64,000 bases of DNA, from NCBI RefSeq assembly GCF_009914755.1, contig NC_060947.1; one strand, 5' to 3'. The stretch's first letter is position 1, and every line of letters starts with the position of its first letter. Of the stretch, positions 24,824 to 39,442 are shown in pieces. The notes under the pieces were generated by a model that was given only the letters and a program-made list of their open reading frames with translations, made no database searches and was not told the DNA's origin. The position numbers were made by a program, and so were the translations under genes. This DNA comes from the human T2T-CHM13v2.0 reference genome, Homo sapiens.

Positions 24824-27166
24824 TGATATGTTTTGGCTGTGTCCCCACCCAAATCTCATCTTGAATTCTAGTTCCTATAATCCCCATATGTCATGGGAGG
24901 GACCCAGTGGGAGGTAATTGAATCATGGGGGCACTTACCTTCATGCTGTTCTCATGATATGGAGGGAGTTCTCACAAGATCTGATGGTTTTATAAGGGGC
25001 TTCCCCCTTCTCATGGCTCTCACATTCTTCTTCTCCCTGCTGCCATGTGAAGAAGGACATGTTTGCTTCCCCTTCTGACATGATTGTAAGTTTTCTGAGG
25101 CCTCCTCAACCATGCTGAACTGTGAGTCAATTAAACCTCTTTCTTTTATAAATTACCCAGTCTTGGGTATGTCTTTATTGGCCGCGTGAGAAAAGTAATA
25201 GAGTAAATTGGTACTGCAGAGAGTGTGGTATGCTATAAAGATCCCTGAAAATGTAGAAGCAACTTTGGAACTGGGTAACAGGCAGAGGTTGGACTAGTTT
25301 GGAGGGCTCAGAAGACAGGAAAAGAAAGTTTGGAACTACCTAAAGACTTAGAGGACTCAGAAGACAGAAAGATGTGGGAAATTTTGGAACTTCCTAGAGA
25401 CTTGTTGAATGGCTTTGACCAAAATGCTGATAGTAATATTAACAATGAAGTCCAGGCTGAGGTGGTCTCAGATGGAAATGGGGAACTTGTTAGGAACTGG
25501 AGCAAAGGTGACTCTTGGTATGCTTTATTTAGCAAAGAGACTGGCAGCATTTGGCCCCTGCTCCAGAGATCTGTGGAACTTTGAACTTGAGAGAGATGAT
25601 TTAGGGTATCTGATGGAAAAAAGTTCTAAGTGGCGAAGCATTCAAGAGGAAGCAGAACATAAAAGTTTGGAAAGTTTGCAGCCTGACCATGTGATTCAAA
25701 AGAAAAACCTTATTTTCTAGGGAAAAATTCAAGCCTGCTGCAGAAATTTGCATAAGTAAAAAGGAGTCAAATGTTAATCACCAAGACAATGGGGAAAATG
25801 TCTCCAGGGCATGTCAGAGACCTTTACAGCAAACCCTACCATCACAGGCCTGGAGGCTTAGGAGGGAAAGGGTTTCCTGGGCCAGGTCCAGGGCCCCCTG
25901 GTGTGTGCAGTCTTTGGACTTAGTGCCCTGAGTCACAGCCACTCCAGCCTTGGCTAAAAGGGGCCAAGGTACAGCTCAGGCCATTGCTTCAGAGGGTGCA
26001 AGCCCCAAGCCTTGGCAGCTTCCATGTGGTGTTGGCCCTGCAGTATGCAGAAGTCAAGAATTGAGGTTTGGGAACCTCCGCCTAGATTTCAGAGGATGTA
26101 TGGAAAGGCCTGGATGTCCAGGCAGAAGTTTGCTGCAAGGGCAGATCCCTGTTGGAGAACCTCTTCTAGGGCAGTGTGGAAGAAAAATGTGGGGTCTCAG
26201 CCCCCACACAGAGTCCCCACTGGGGCACTGCCTAGTGGAGCTGTGAGAAGAAGGCCACCATCCTCCAAACCCCAGAATGGTAGATCCACCTACGGCTTGC
26301 ACCGTGTGCCTGGAAAAGCCACAGACACTCAACATCAGCCCATGAAAGCAGCCAGGAGGTGGGCTATACCCTGCAAAGCCACAGAGGAAGAGTCGGTCAA
26401 GGCCACAGAGCCCACCTCTTGCATCAGCAAGACCTGGATATGATACATGGAGTCAAAGGAGATCATTTCAGAGCTTTAAAATTTGACAGCCCCTGGATTT
26501 CAAACTTGGCATGGGGCATGTAGCCCCTTCATTTTGGCCAATTTCTCCCGTTTGGAATGGTCGTATTTACCCAATGCCTGTACCCCCATTTTATCTAGGA
26601 AGTGAGCAACTTGCTTTCGATTTTACAGGTTCATGGGCGGAAAGGACTTGTCTTGTCTCAGAGGAGACTTTGAACTTGGGCTTTTGGGTTAAGGCTGGAA
26701 TGAGCTAAGACTTTGGGGGACTGTTGGAAAGGCATGATTGTTTTTATAAATGTGAGGATATGAGATTCGGGAGGGGACAGGGGCAGAATGATATGGTTTG
26801 TCTGTGTCCCCACTGAAATCTCATCTTGAATTGTAGTTTCCATAATCCCCATGTGTCATGCGAGGGACCCAGTGGGAGGTAATTGAATCATGAGGGTGGT
26901 TATCTCCATGCTGTTCTCGTGATAGTGAGTGATTCTTGTGAGATCTGATGGGTTTATAAGGGGCATCCCCCTTTGCTCAGCTCTCATTCTTCTTCTCCCT
27001 TCTGCCATGTGAACAAGGATATGTTTGCTTCCCCTTCTGCCATGACTATAAGTTTCCTGAGGCCTCCTCAGCCATGCTGAACTGTGAGTCAATTAAACCT
27101 CTTTCCTTAATGAATTACCCAGTCTCGGGTATGTCTTTATTAGCAGCATGAGACTGGACTAATATA
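24824..27166 (+). mobile_element. Complete THE1C-like MaLR element: LTR 24824-25202, internal 25203-26788, LTR 26789-27166
   Basis: Two ~378-bp LTRs (tgatatg.tttg...taata.a), ~1.6-kb THE1 internal region, polypurine tract ggaggggacaggggcagaa before the 3' LTR, ggttg duplicated at both ends. Confidence 0.93.
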
Positions 27167-27506
27167 GGTTGTCTTGGAGTTTGCAATACACATTTATAAC
27201 TAATCTAATCTAATCCCAAATAACACTACCACCTCATGGGTGTTATAAGTACCTTATAACAAAGTATATCCAGTTTCTCATTTTATCCCTTATTACATTG
27301 CTGTCATTCATTTTACCTATTCATAAGCTATATTCACCAATTATTACTATTATTATTTTGAAAAAGCTGTTATCTGTTAGATTAATTAAAAGAAAAATAA
27401 AAATTTTATTTTACTTTCATTTATTACTTTTTAGTGCTCTTCTTTTTAAATATAGATTTGAGATTCTGAGTGATATCATTTTTCTACTCTACAGAAAGTT
27501 CCTTTT

Positions 27507-28383
27507 TTGTGTGTTTTAAATGATATATAGAGAGATACTTCAGCAGTTTGCTTTACTAATTGCTTTCCAGAACGTGTGGCTCAGAATTTCATAGCAGTTT
27601 TATCTACAGCTCATGACACAAACATTAAGTTTTTTTAATTTTTAATTTTTCTATTTCAATAGGTTTTTGAGGACCAGTAGGGTTTGTTTACATTAATAAG
27701 TTCTTTAGTGGTGATTTCTGAGATTTTGGTGCATCCATAACCCAAGCAGTGTACGCTGTACCCAGTGTGTATTCTTTTATCCCTCACCACCCCCACCCTT
27801 TCCCCTGAGCCCCCAAAGTCCAATGTATCATTCTTATGCCTTTGTGTCCTCATAGCTTAGCTCTCACATATGAGTGAGAACATACAATGTTTGGTTTTCC
27901 ATTCCCAAGTTACTTCACTTAGAATAATAGTCTTTAATTCCATCCAGGTTGCTGTGAATGCCATTATTTTGTTCCTCTTCATGGATGAGTAATAGTCCAT
28001 GGTATGTATATATATCACATTTTCTTTAACCACTCATTGATTGATGGACATTTACATTTGGGGTGGTTCCATATTTTTGCAGTTGCAAATTGTGCTGCTA
28101 TAAACATGCATGTGCAAGTATCTTTTTGTATAATGACTTCTTTTCCCCTGGATAGTTACCTAGTAGTGGGATTGCTAAATCAAATGGTAGATCTACTTTT
28201 AGATTTTTAAGGAATCTCCATACTGTTTTCCATAGCGGTTGTACTAATTTACATTCCCACCAGCAGAGCAAAAGTGTTCTCTTTTCACCACATCCACACC
28301 AACATCTATTATTTTTTGATTTTTTGATTATGGCCATTCTTACAAGAGTGAGGTGGTTACACATTGTGGTTTTGATTTGCATT
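27507..28383 (-). mobile_element. 5'-truncated L1PB1-like 3' end (27630-28383) plus extra segment 27507-27629 inside one TSD
   Basis: L1PB 3' UTR; 19-bp TSD tctacagaaagtt(c/t)ctttt at 27488-27506 and 28383-28401. Confidence 0.88.
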
Positions 28384-28695
28384 CTACAGAAAGTTTCTTT
28401 TAGCATTTCTTACAATGCAGGCCTCCTGGTAACATATTCCCTCAATTTTTGTCTAAAAATATTTCTCCTTCGCTTTTGAAAGTTCATTTTTGAGTACACA
28501 ATAACAGGTTGAGGGGGGCACTTTTTGAACATTTAAAACAGTTTACTCCACTCTCTTTTTGCTTGTATAGTTTCTGAAGAAAAATCTAATTCTTATTATT
28601 GTTCCTCTATAGATAAGTTGGTTTTTCACCAATCCCTGGCTTCTTTAAAAATTTATTTATTTGTCTGATTTTTTGCACTTTGAACATGCTATAAT

Positions 28696-29419
28696 GTTAT
28701 AGGTTGGACTGTGTCTCCCTTTGCCCAGAAAAATGATATGTTGAAGTCTTTATCCTCAGTACCTTGGAACTTGACATTATTATTATGATTATTGTTTTTG
28801 CTGGGTACATGAAGCTTTTACTTTATTTTTTAAGCATGCTTTCTTTGTACATTTTTAAATTTTATTTTTGTTTTTATTTATATACACATTTATAGAGTAC
28901 AAGTACAATTGTGTTACATGTGTAGTGGTCAAGACAGGGCTTTTACGACATCCATTACCAGAATAGTGGACCTTGTACCCATTAAGTAATTTCTCATCAT
29001 CCACCCCATACCTCCAACCTTCCTAGTGTCCATTGTCCATCATTCCACTCTCTATGAGAATGTCACCTTATTTAGAAATAGGATTGTTAAGATGAGGTCA
29101 TATTGGAGTAGAGTGAGCCCTTATTCCAATATGTTTGGTGTTCTTATAAGAAGACAACCATATGAAGACACAGAGATACACAGGTAGAATGTCATGTATG
29201 CAGCCTGCAAAACAAATAACACCAAAAATTGCCAACAAACCACCAGAAGCTGGGAAGAGGCAAGAAGCATTGCCCTATAAGTTTCAGAGGGAACAAGGCC
29301 CCTGCCAAAACTTTAATTTCCAACTTCAAAACCTCAAAACTGTGAGACAATAAATTTCTGTTGCTTTAAGCCACCAAGATTGTGGTACTTTTTTACAGAT
29401 GCCCTAGGAAATTAGCACA
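28696..29419 (+). mobile_element. MLT1C-like solo LTR interrupted by an L1MA 3' fragment
   Basis: tgttataggttggactgtgtc... resumes at gaatgtcaccttatttagaaatagg...gtgagacaataaatttctgttgctttaagccac. Confidence 0.8.
28782..29057 (-). mobile_element. L1MA-type 3' end fragment with extra downstream sequence
   Basis: gtacccattaagtaatttctcatcatccaccccc...cattccactctctatg; degenerate 15-bp TSD at 28767-28781 / 29058-29072. Confidence 0.7.
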
Positions 29420-29892
29420 TATGCCTTGGTGTAGATTTTTTGTATTTATCATGCTTAGTGTTCTCTGAGCTTCCTGGATCTGTGGTTTGCTGTTTGTCAT
29501 TGATTTTTGAAAATTTTCAGCCGTTATTACTTCAAATATTTCTCCTACCCCTTTCTCTTTGTCTTCTTCTGCTGCTGTTCCCATTATGTATTTGTTACTT
29601 TCTTTGTAATTGTTTCACAGTTCTTGGATATTCTATTCCCTATTTTCCATTATTTTTTCTTTATGCTTTTCAGTGTGAGAAATTTCTATTCATGGACGTT
29701 TAAGATCACTACTTTTTTTCCTTAGCTATGTCCACTCTACTGATGAGTACATCAAACATATTCTTCAATTCTGTTTTTTTAATTTCTAGCATTTCTTTTT
29801 TATTCCTTTTTAAAGTTTTCATCTCTCTGCTTATATTATCCATCTTTTCTTGCATGCTGCTCACTTTTTCCTTTAGAGCCCTTAGCATATTA

Positions 29893-30045
29893 ATTATTAG
29901 TTTTCTGAGGCTATAACAGAGTACCAAAGACTTACTGATTTATGCAACAGAAATTACTTTTCTCACAGTTCTGGAGGCTGGAATTTTGGGACTAGGTGTT
30001 GGCAGAGTGGATTTCTTCTGAGGCCTCTTTCCTTGGCTTGTAGAT
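29893..30045 (-). mobile_element. MLT1A-like LTR fragment
   Basis: tctcacagttctggaggctgg...cttctgaggcctctttccttggcttgtaga. Confidence 0.75.
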
Positions 30046-30392
30046 TGAACTTCGTTCAATTGTATTAACCCAAATCCTCTATCTCTTGTATTTTTCATAG
30101 TTGGGTTATCTTGAAGATTTTCTATGGACAGATTTTGTAACTTTAAATAGTATACAAAAATTCCACCTAACCCATATCTCCCTTCAAATTTATCTGAATT
30201 ATGTTATTATTCTTATTTTTTCTACTCCTTGCTTTTATATCTTTAAAGAATGTACATTAAACTCTTTTTCATGTTTTATTAACTTTCATCTGCTATCTCT
30301 TTACTATCCACCTTGTGGGATGAAGCTACAAGGACCCCACATTTTTTTCCATTTCTTCCATCCACCTCCCACCTTTCATCTTTTTCCCTTTA

Positions 30393-30787
<395 letters not shown>

Positions 30788-30959
30788 ATTGTAAAAGATA
30801 AACACTGAAAAGTTACTATGATGGTGAAAATATCGTTCACTCTAGGGTCAACTGGTATTACTTTCCAATAGATCGAATCAATTCTGACTCCTTAAAGAGG
30901 AATATTCCTACTATCAAAATAAAATATAGTCTCATTTCTAACGTTATCAATTGCTTCAA

Positions 30960-31690
30960 ATCATATCATAATTTACTTTAGTTTCCTACCAAATTGGCTA
31001 AAATTTTAAAAGACTGACAATACCAAGTGTTGCTAAGGATGTGGAACAATTCAAATTCTCAAACACTGCTGGTGAGACTGTTAATCTACTGGTGAGACTG
31101 TTGATTAATATGACCACTTTGGAAAAGGGTTTAGCAATATCTACTAAAACTGAACATATGCATACTCTATAACTCAACTACTCCACTTTCACATGCATAT
31201 CTAAAATAAATGTGAGTATACATGCACCACAGACAAAGTACAGTAATGTTCACAGCAGCACTATTCATAATGGCCAAATCTAGAAGCAATTCAAATGTAC
31301 ATTAACAATCGAATGGGTGAAAATTGTAGCATATCCACACAGTGAATTATTTTAAGCAATGAGGATGTTTGCCATTTTCAACATGTGAATATAATATTGA
31401 ATAAAAGTAGCCAGATTCAAAAAAGTAATATACTCTATGATTTATTTATACACAGTTTAAAAACAGGAATGAATATGTTATAGAGTATTAGAAGTCAGGA
31501 TTGTGGTTATACTCAGGGATACAGGTAGTAAGTGAAATGACAAGGAAGACTTTGGGATACTGATAGTGTTCAATTTCTTGATATAAATTGTGTTTACAAG
31601 GATGTGTTTACTTTATGATAATTCATCAGTACAGTTATGAATTATGGACTTGTGTTATACATGTTATAGTTCAATTTTTGGTTTTAAAAA
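30960..31690 (+). mobile_element. L1ME-type 3' region
   Basis: aaagactgacaataccaagtgttg..aaggatgtggaaca; aatgttcacagcagcactattcataat. Confidence 0.8.
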
Positions 31691-31930
31691 ACTGACCTTA
31701 CAATAGTTATTTTAGTAGTCACTTAAAAATGGCTGTTTTCTATTGGACTAAAAAATAGTCTTGAAAAATTAAATCATATGTTTGATTTTCTTCTTGGTAC
31801 TTCTATTTTCTAAATATTCCAATATAAAAATTATTTTATTCTATAATCAGAAAAAGCTTATCAACTCACTCCAAAAAATTATGAGTCTGCGTCATGATTC
31901 TCAGACTTAGCCACTTTTTATATGCCATCC

Positions 31931-32402
31931 GTAAGGGATTTGATTGTATCCTTCAAAAAGGTATGTTCAAGTCCTGACCCCCAGTACCTCTGAATATGAC
32001 CTTATTTGGAAATAGAGTCTGCAGATGTCGTTAAGAATCTCAAGATAAGGCCGCACAGGATTTAGAGTGGGCCCTAAATCCAGTGAATGATTGTCTTTGT
32101 TAGAGAAAATATTGGGATATTTGAAACTCCAAGAGTCAAAGGGGAAAAAGCCATGTGAAGACAGAGGCAAAGATTCTAATTATATGTCCATAAGCCAAAG
32201 AATGACAAGGATTGCTAGTGCTGCCAGAAGGTGAGAAAGAGGCATGAAACAGATTCTCCCTCAGAACCTCCAAAAGGAACCAACCCTGCTGGCACCTTGA
32301 TTTGAGACTTCTGGCCTCTGGCACTGTGAAAGAATCAATTTCTGTTGCTTTAAGCCATGAAGTTTGTGACAATTTGTTGTGGTAGACTTCGGAAACTAAT
32401 GT
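31931..32402 (+). mobile_element. MLT1B-like solo LTR
   Basis: ccccagtacctctgaatatgaccttatttggaaatag...ggaaccaaccctgctggcaccttgattt...ggaaactaat. Confidence 0.85.
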
Positions 32403-33349
32403 TGTACCATCCATCCCTCCTCATACACACATTCAGACAAAGGCACACTTATAGTTAAGAGGCTATTTTGTTCTCGGTGGTCCCTACTTGACTGCCAAAC
32501 TTGCAATAAATCATGTTAACCAGACGTTATCATTTTTTATGATTCCTCAAGAACCCTGGTGAGTTGCTAAATTTGTGCCCACTTCCTACTTCACCTCTCT
32601 CTCCTTTATTTTCCATAGATCTTTAAACTGTGAGTCAGCATCAAGCTAGCAGTTTGTTAAAGTAACAGCTGTAAGCATTTCAACTTTTTCATCCCACGAT
32701 ACATTTCATCATTTTCTTTATTTCTTATGGAAGTTGATAAGGCCAATCAACAGAGTATATGTCTTCTTGTAATTTGTTTTTTACTTGGAGTCTTAATCAG
32801 CATAAAGGGAGTTGAAAAGCCACTTCTATGTGGAATACTTATTACCAAGGTTAAGAGAGACTATGCTTAACATTTAATTGGTTTATAGTGCTGTGAAGCT
32901 AGTTTTCAAGGTCATAAAAATCTTACTTATAAACACAAAAAGAAAATGTTAACAGCTGTTATAAAATCATCAAAGTTGCGTTTTCTTCTTGAGCAATGAG
33001 GAGTTGTTCTTTGCACAAACACTGTCTAATATATCTTTAAATGTTCTTTTGATTAACAGAAGTAAACATGACCCTGTCCCAGGAACAAATGAGTTGACTG
33101 CAAATTTGGCTTCTTTTTATTCCCCTAACATCTCCCCATGCGCAACCAATTTGCCCATCAGTTGGGTTATACTGACAAGGATGTAAATGCGACCCATTTG
33201 TGAGTCAGCAGCAGTCTGTCTTCCCTAGTGTAAGAGCATGGTGGCTCAGTGCTCCATTGTCTATAAAAGTAACTGGGATGTGATTAAGCCCTGGTGAGTA
33301 GACCAACCAACCACATATTGTATCCACGTAATACCATTCTCACCTTCAT

Positions 33350-33900
33350 TACCCTGTAACTATTTCTTTTTCCCTTAACCCTAATCCACCACAATCCATT
33401 CTTCATACAGAAGTCAGAATGACCATCCAAAGGCTTAAAATGGAATGTTCCACTCCCTTATTTCTACTCTCTAAGGGCTTTCCATGGCATTTAGAATAAA
33501 ATACAAACAAGTTACATGATCTATCCCCCATCTCCATACTAATTCCCAACTCCGTATTTGCCATTTCTTTTGCCTATAATGTTTTGTCCACAGAATTTCC
33601 CATTGTAGCATCTTCCTCATCAGTCAGAATTCAACTCAGTGTTACAAACTCAAGAGATCTTCAACAAAGATGCCCCACTTCCATGGCTGGTCTGTCTCTA
33701 CAGCATCAATTTTATTTTTTTGACTGAAATTATTAATCATTTATTTCTGGACTTGATGTTTGTCCTTGTCACCCCCACCAACACTAAATTATAAACCTCA
33801 TTAAAATAGATACTTATTGATTACTTTATTCCATCATCTTGAATTCTGCCTGTCACTAAGTTGGTTCTCAATAAAATACTTTGAAATGAATGAATAAATA
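33350..33900 (+). mobile_element. LINE-2 3' part
   Basis: Ends ctcaataaaatactttgaaatgaatgaataaa. Confidence 0.7.
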
Positions 33901-34026
33901 TAACCAGCTTAATAAACATGACTATTACCATAGGTCCCCGCTCAAAATTATCACTCACCTATCACCACACTTTCATGTTTCCTTAAAAATATTCTTGTGT
34001 GAAATACATTTTGCTGTGCAGCCACT

Positions 34027-34573
34027 GTATTTAGTTATCTGTGGTTGCATAAAAAATTACCCCAACATTTGGTGGTTTAATACAGCAAATACTTACTATC
34101 TCATAGTTTCTGTGGGCCAGGAAGCTTGGAGTGCTATGGCGGGGTCCTCTAGCTCAAGGTCTCTCTGGCTGCAATCAAGGTATGCAGCCATCTCAAGACT
34201 CCAAAGGGGAAGGTTATGCTCCCAAGCTCACCCTGGTTGTTGGAAGGATTCACTTCTCACAGGTAGTTGTCCTGAAGGACTCAGTCCCTCACTGGTTGTT
34301 GTGGGAGGCTTTCCTCAGTTCCTTGCTCTATGGGCCTTTCCAGAGGGCAGCTCATAATATGGCATTTTGCTTAATCAGAGTGAAAAGAGAGAGCAAGCGG
34401 GACATCCAACAGAAAAGCCAAAATCATTTTGTAGCCTAATCTCATGCCATCACTTTTGCTATTTTCTATTTGTTAGAAGTGAGTCACTAGGTTCAGCCAA
34501 CATTGATGGGAGAGATTTCTCTTGAATATCTAGAAGTAGGGATCACAGGAAGCCATTTTAGAGGCTGCTCACC
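34027..34573 (-). mobile_element. MLT1F/G/H-like solo LTR
   Basis: tgtatttagttatct...tatctcatagtttctgtgggccaggaa...gaagtgagtcactaggttcagcc...gccattttagaggctg. Confidence 0.75.
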
Positions 34574-34859
34574 AGAGCCACATATCTTCATATTTGCATG
34601 AACTCTTCATCCCATTCTTTTCACTCTAGCCTATCTTCCTGGAGTTTTCTCCCCGTGGGAGCCAAAACTCTAGTAATCATGTCCACTTTCTGTCACTTGG
34701 CTCTGCATTATTCTTGACAACTCAGCAATTTTGAGTGAAAAGTTTCAGTTTAAGATATATAAGACGCCATGATAAACAGCAGCTCACGAAGACATCTATA
34801 AAATACAGACCTCATAACTGTATGAATCAAGAAGTGGATATCATTAAAAGATAAATATC

Positions 34860-36300
<1,441 letters not shown>

Positions 36301-36586
36301 GAAAATGAAAAACTCAGAGTAAAAATGCAAGATTTTTGAATCAGCTCTGAGTTCAAACTAGATCCAAGGGCTCCAAGCACAAAAGGGTCTGCCTTTTGAA
36401 TAGATAGCTGGGGTATTTCCATAAGAGTCCCGCTCTTTGAGATTTCTCCTGATTAGAACTAAGATGAGTCAAAACATATTTTCTTGCTTCCAAGCAGGAA
36501 AGCCTCAAGGCAAGCTCTACTCAACAGCTGGGTTTCGAAAAAGCCTATTTCCTTTCCCCAGCATTGATCATCTGCTTCCTTTGAGT

Positions 36587-36720
36587 CAGTGGTTCTCAAG
36601 TATCAGCCAGCATAGTTATCCCCACCTCCAGAGAGCCACATTCTGTAAGTGGGGTTCCGAATCTTCATTTTTAGCAAGTATCTCTGTTGATCTTGATAAG
36701 GCTACTCCAACTTTCAGAAG
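36587..36720. mobile_element. MER5-like hAT MITE fragment
   Basis: cagtggttctcaa terminus; gaatcttcatttttagcaag. Confidence 0.55.
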
Positions 36721-37022
36721 TCTAAATCTAGAAATCGAGATCACTATAAAAAATATTGACTATTATATTATGCTAAGACGTTTTGATACTCATAGTGCCT
36801 ATTGACCTTAACTTTCTGATAAAAAACTTGTTAATTTCTAAATGCTGACATTAATTTTAAGCTTAAAACTATACATAAGCAGTTAACTAACTACTTCAAA
36901 ATTCAAATAGAAAATGTTAACAATCTGACTCTATTGTTTTAATTTTTTGAAAAGAGTAACAATCAGCTTTTATTGATTCAGAGAGTTCAGCCTTTGAGTA
37001 GGCAAAAAAGACATTACTTTCA

Positions 37023-37312
<290 letters not shown>

Positions 37313-37334
37313 AGACATTACTTTCTAAAGATTG

Positions 37335-37735
37335 GTGTGGTAAAGATGTCTGTGTTCCCCTATACCCAGTTTTGCTCTCCATCCACATATAGGGGAGGGT
37401 TATACCTTAATAAGACCACATAATTAGTTCTGGTCAATGGACTGTGGGAAAAAATACTAGGTGTCACTCCTAGACCAAAGTATTTGATAACCAATGTTTG
37501 ACCTCCCAAGGTTCTCTTCCTTTGCCACAGCAATTTTAGAGGAAGCCTCACGTTGAGTTTATGGAGATGGAAGATCAAAATAACCTGCATCTCTGTCATC
37601 TCATGGAGAGCATTTATGTTGGAAAGTTTCTATCTTCACATTAGGCTTTGTGAGCAAAACGTAAATCTTGTACTGAGCCACTGAGATTTTTGTTTGTCTG
37701 TCACTGTGGCATAAGCCTATCATATCCTGAATCAT
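37335..37735 (+). mobile_element. MLT1J-like solo LTR
   Basis: tagttctggtcaatggactgtggg...tgagccactgagattt...ataagcctatcatatcctga. Confidence 0.65.
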
Positions 37736-38407
37736 CACCTGGCAATATACTACAGGAGCTCTACAAAAGTATAGATCAGAAAGGGATTTGATTATTGTAA
37801 ATTTATAACTAATCTTTGGACTTCACACCAAATATTGAAAAGATTTTCTTGCTGTACAGACAAGCAAATCAACTCACACATAACAGCTCTTCATATCTCT
37901 CATTCCACAATTTCAAATTATTTGTTCAATAGAACATGAATCCTTGCTATCTGCATGCTCCAAGTTATTCTATTTACTTTATATTTATACAGGAAGGCAA
38001 AACAGAGTATAACCCATTTTTCAAGCACACCTTCCTTTAGGAATTGTTTTTTGTCCTTTGCTCCTCTCCTCGCCCTCATTTAATAAGCACATCCATGACC
38101 CCACCTTCTTTCTCACTTTCCTTTTCACACAGGCGGGATTAGGTGCCTACCCAACATCTCCCTTTGCTGCCTCCATATGCTTCCATAAACCCTATACATA
38201 CTTCCCATCACTGATCTAAAAATGTGCTGTTTTACATATTAGAATTAAGCTCTTAACCCACAGGGGCCATATCCATTTATGCCTAGTACCTAGCACAAAG
38301 AAGGCAACCAATGAATGTTGTTGAACCTAACTACTTCTTAAGTCAAATATATAGAGGATGTGTGTAGCTCTGAGGTGGCATCTGTTTCTTTATCAACTAA
38401 CTTATAC

Positions 38408-38512
38408 CCTTAGAAAAAGAGATGTTTCTCCGAATCTGCAGGCATGGCTCTTATTTCAGACCTCAGATAATGCCCCAGGTTTTTCTGTTGATACTCATAA
38501 CAAATCCTTCTT
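38408..38512 (-). pseudogene. Candidate fossil exon, 105 nt: RRICYEYQQKNLGHYLRSEIRAMPADSEKHLFF*
   Basis: ccttttaag|AAG...AGG|gtataa; RRICYEY resembles the RGS alpha5 pattern (ARxIYxEY). Confidence 0.5.
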
Positions 38513-39171
38513 CTTAAAAGGCATACTGACAGTTAGTTACTAAAGGCATTTCAGATACTTGCTGATTGTTTCATATCAATATGTGCAAAGAATCATAAAA
38601 ACATAGAGAATGGGGTCACTTTTTAAAGTAGTCATTATATGCAATGAATACTATCATTTCTAATTCATGAAATTTCTATTAGCCATCTTCTGAAAATGAG
38701 TTAGGAATCTAGTTTTATAGACATCTAATTTTATTTGATTAGCTTAAGCAAAAGAGTGAGTTAATGATATATTGCCATTCCTATGTACTAGAAAGATGTG
38801 TTAATAAAATATAATCATCATATACTCCCTATGTTAATATGAACTATATGTGAGAATGTAGTGTGTTTGCCTACTCTATAAAACATCTTCAAGAAGCTTT
38901 TATGAGTATTTTACAGCTAATTCAGAGATCTCAACCACAGCCTATTCTAATTAACTTGATTTTGTATTACTATTTACCTTTCTGCAAAGTGATTATCATT
39001 GCAGTTTGAGAGTGGAGAATGTGAATTCTAAACTGTGTTCTATAGAATACCAGTGTGCTTTGAGGTGATAATAGGGCCCTATAAGAAAAACTCTGAAAAT
39101 GCTAAGGAAAACAAAAGTAAACAGACGTTCTTTTTGCAAGACTTCTGAGAGTCTTTACCACGTGTTATGAA

Positions 39172-39442
39172 TAAGACTGATTTATCCACTAGTCACAGTA
39201 GGCACAGTGCCTAGGGCCCAGGGTATTTCCTAAGAACCTACACCAATGTTTTAATTTCTCTTAAAATGAGAAGGAAAAAGGAAATAATAATAAAACTAAA
39301 TATATAATAATGAATCTAGCCTGGATTATATTAATAGTTATACCAATGCAGTCATAAAATATAACTTTTCATTTTTTTATGGAGGAAGTGGCCCACAAAG
39401 GCAAACGTGCCTAGAGCTCACCAACATCACAATGAAGCCCTA
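39172..39442 (+). mobile_element. ORSL-like hAT-Tip100 element inside an older MER5/Charlie-like remnant (~39020-39520)
   Basis: cacagtaggcacagtgcctagggccc...gcctggattatatt...ggaggaagtggcccacaaaggcaaa; atgaa repeated at both flanks. Confidence 0.7.

Larger units (their letters stand above)
23900..29900 (-). mobile_element. Ancient L1M element (ORF2 endonuclease back to ORF1) hosting nested insertions
   Basis: ORF 24081..24407 (RDKEGHYI..LNVNAPN..IIVGDFSTPLS..DIYRLLHPTTAEY) is the endonuclease. ORFs 29393..29584 and 29709..29927 are ORF1-like. Collinear pieces resume after each insertion. Confidence 0.9.

Noticed and set aside
25300-25405. ~50-bp tandem duplication in the THE1 internal region
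   Set aside because: I recall it as common to THE1 internal sequences, so probably not locus-specific.
25950-26443. Overlapping ORFs of 93-143 aa
   Set aside because: Remnants of the THE1 internal region, not host genes.
33890-34439. 155-aa and 102-aa ORFs
   Set aside because: Span L2 and MLT1 sequence; chance ORFs.
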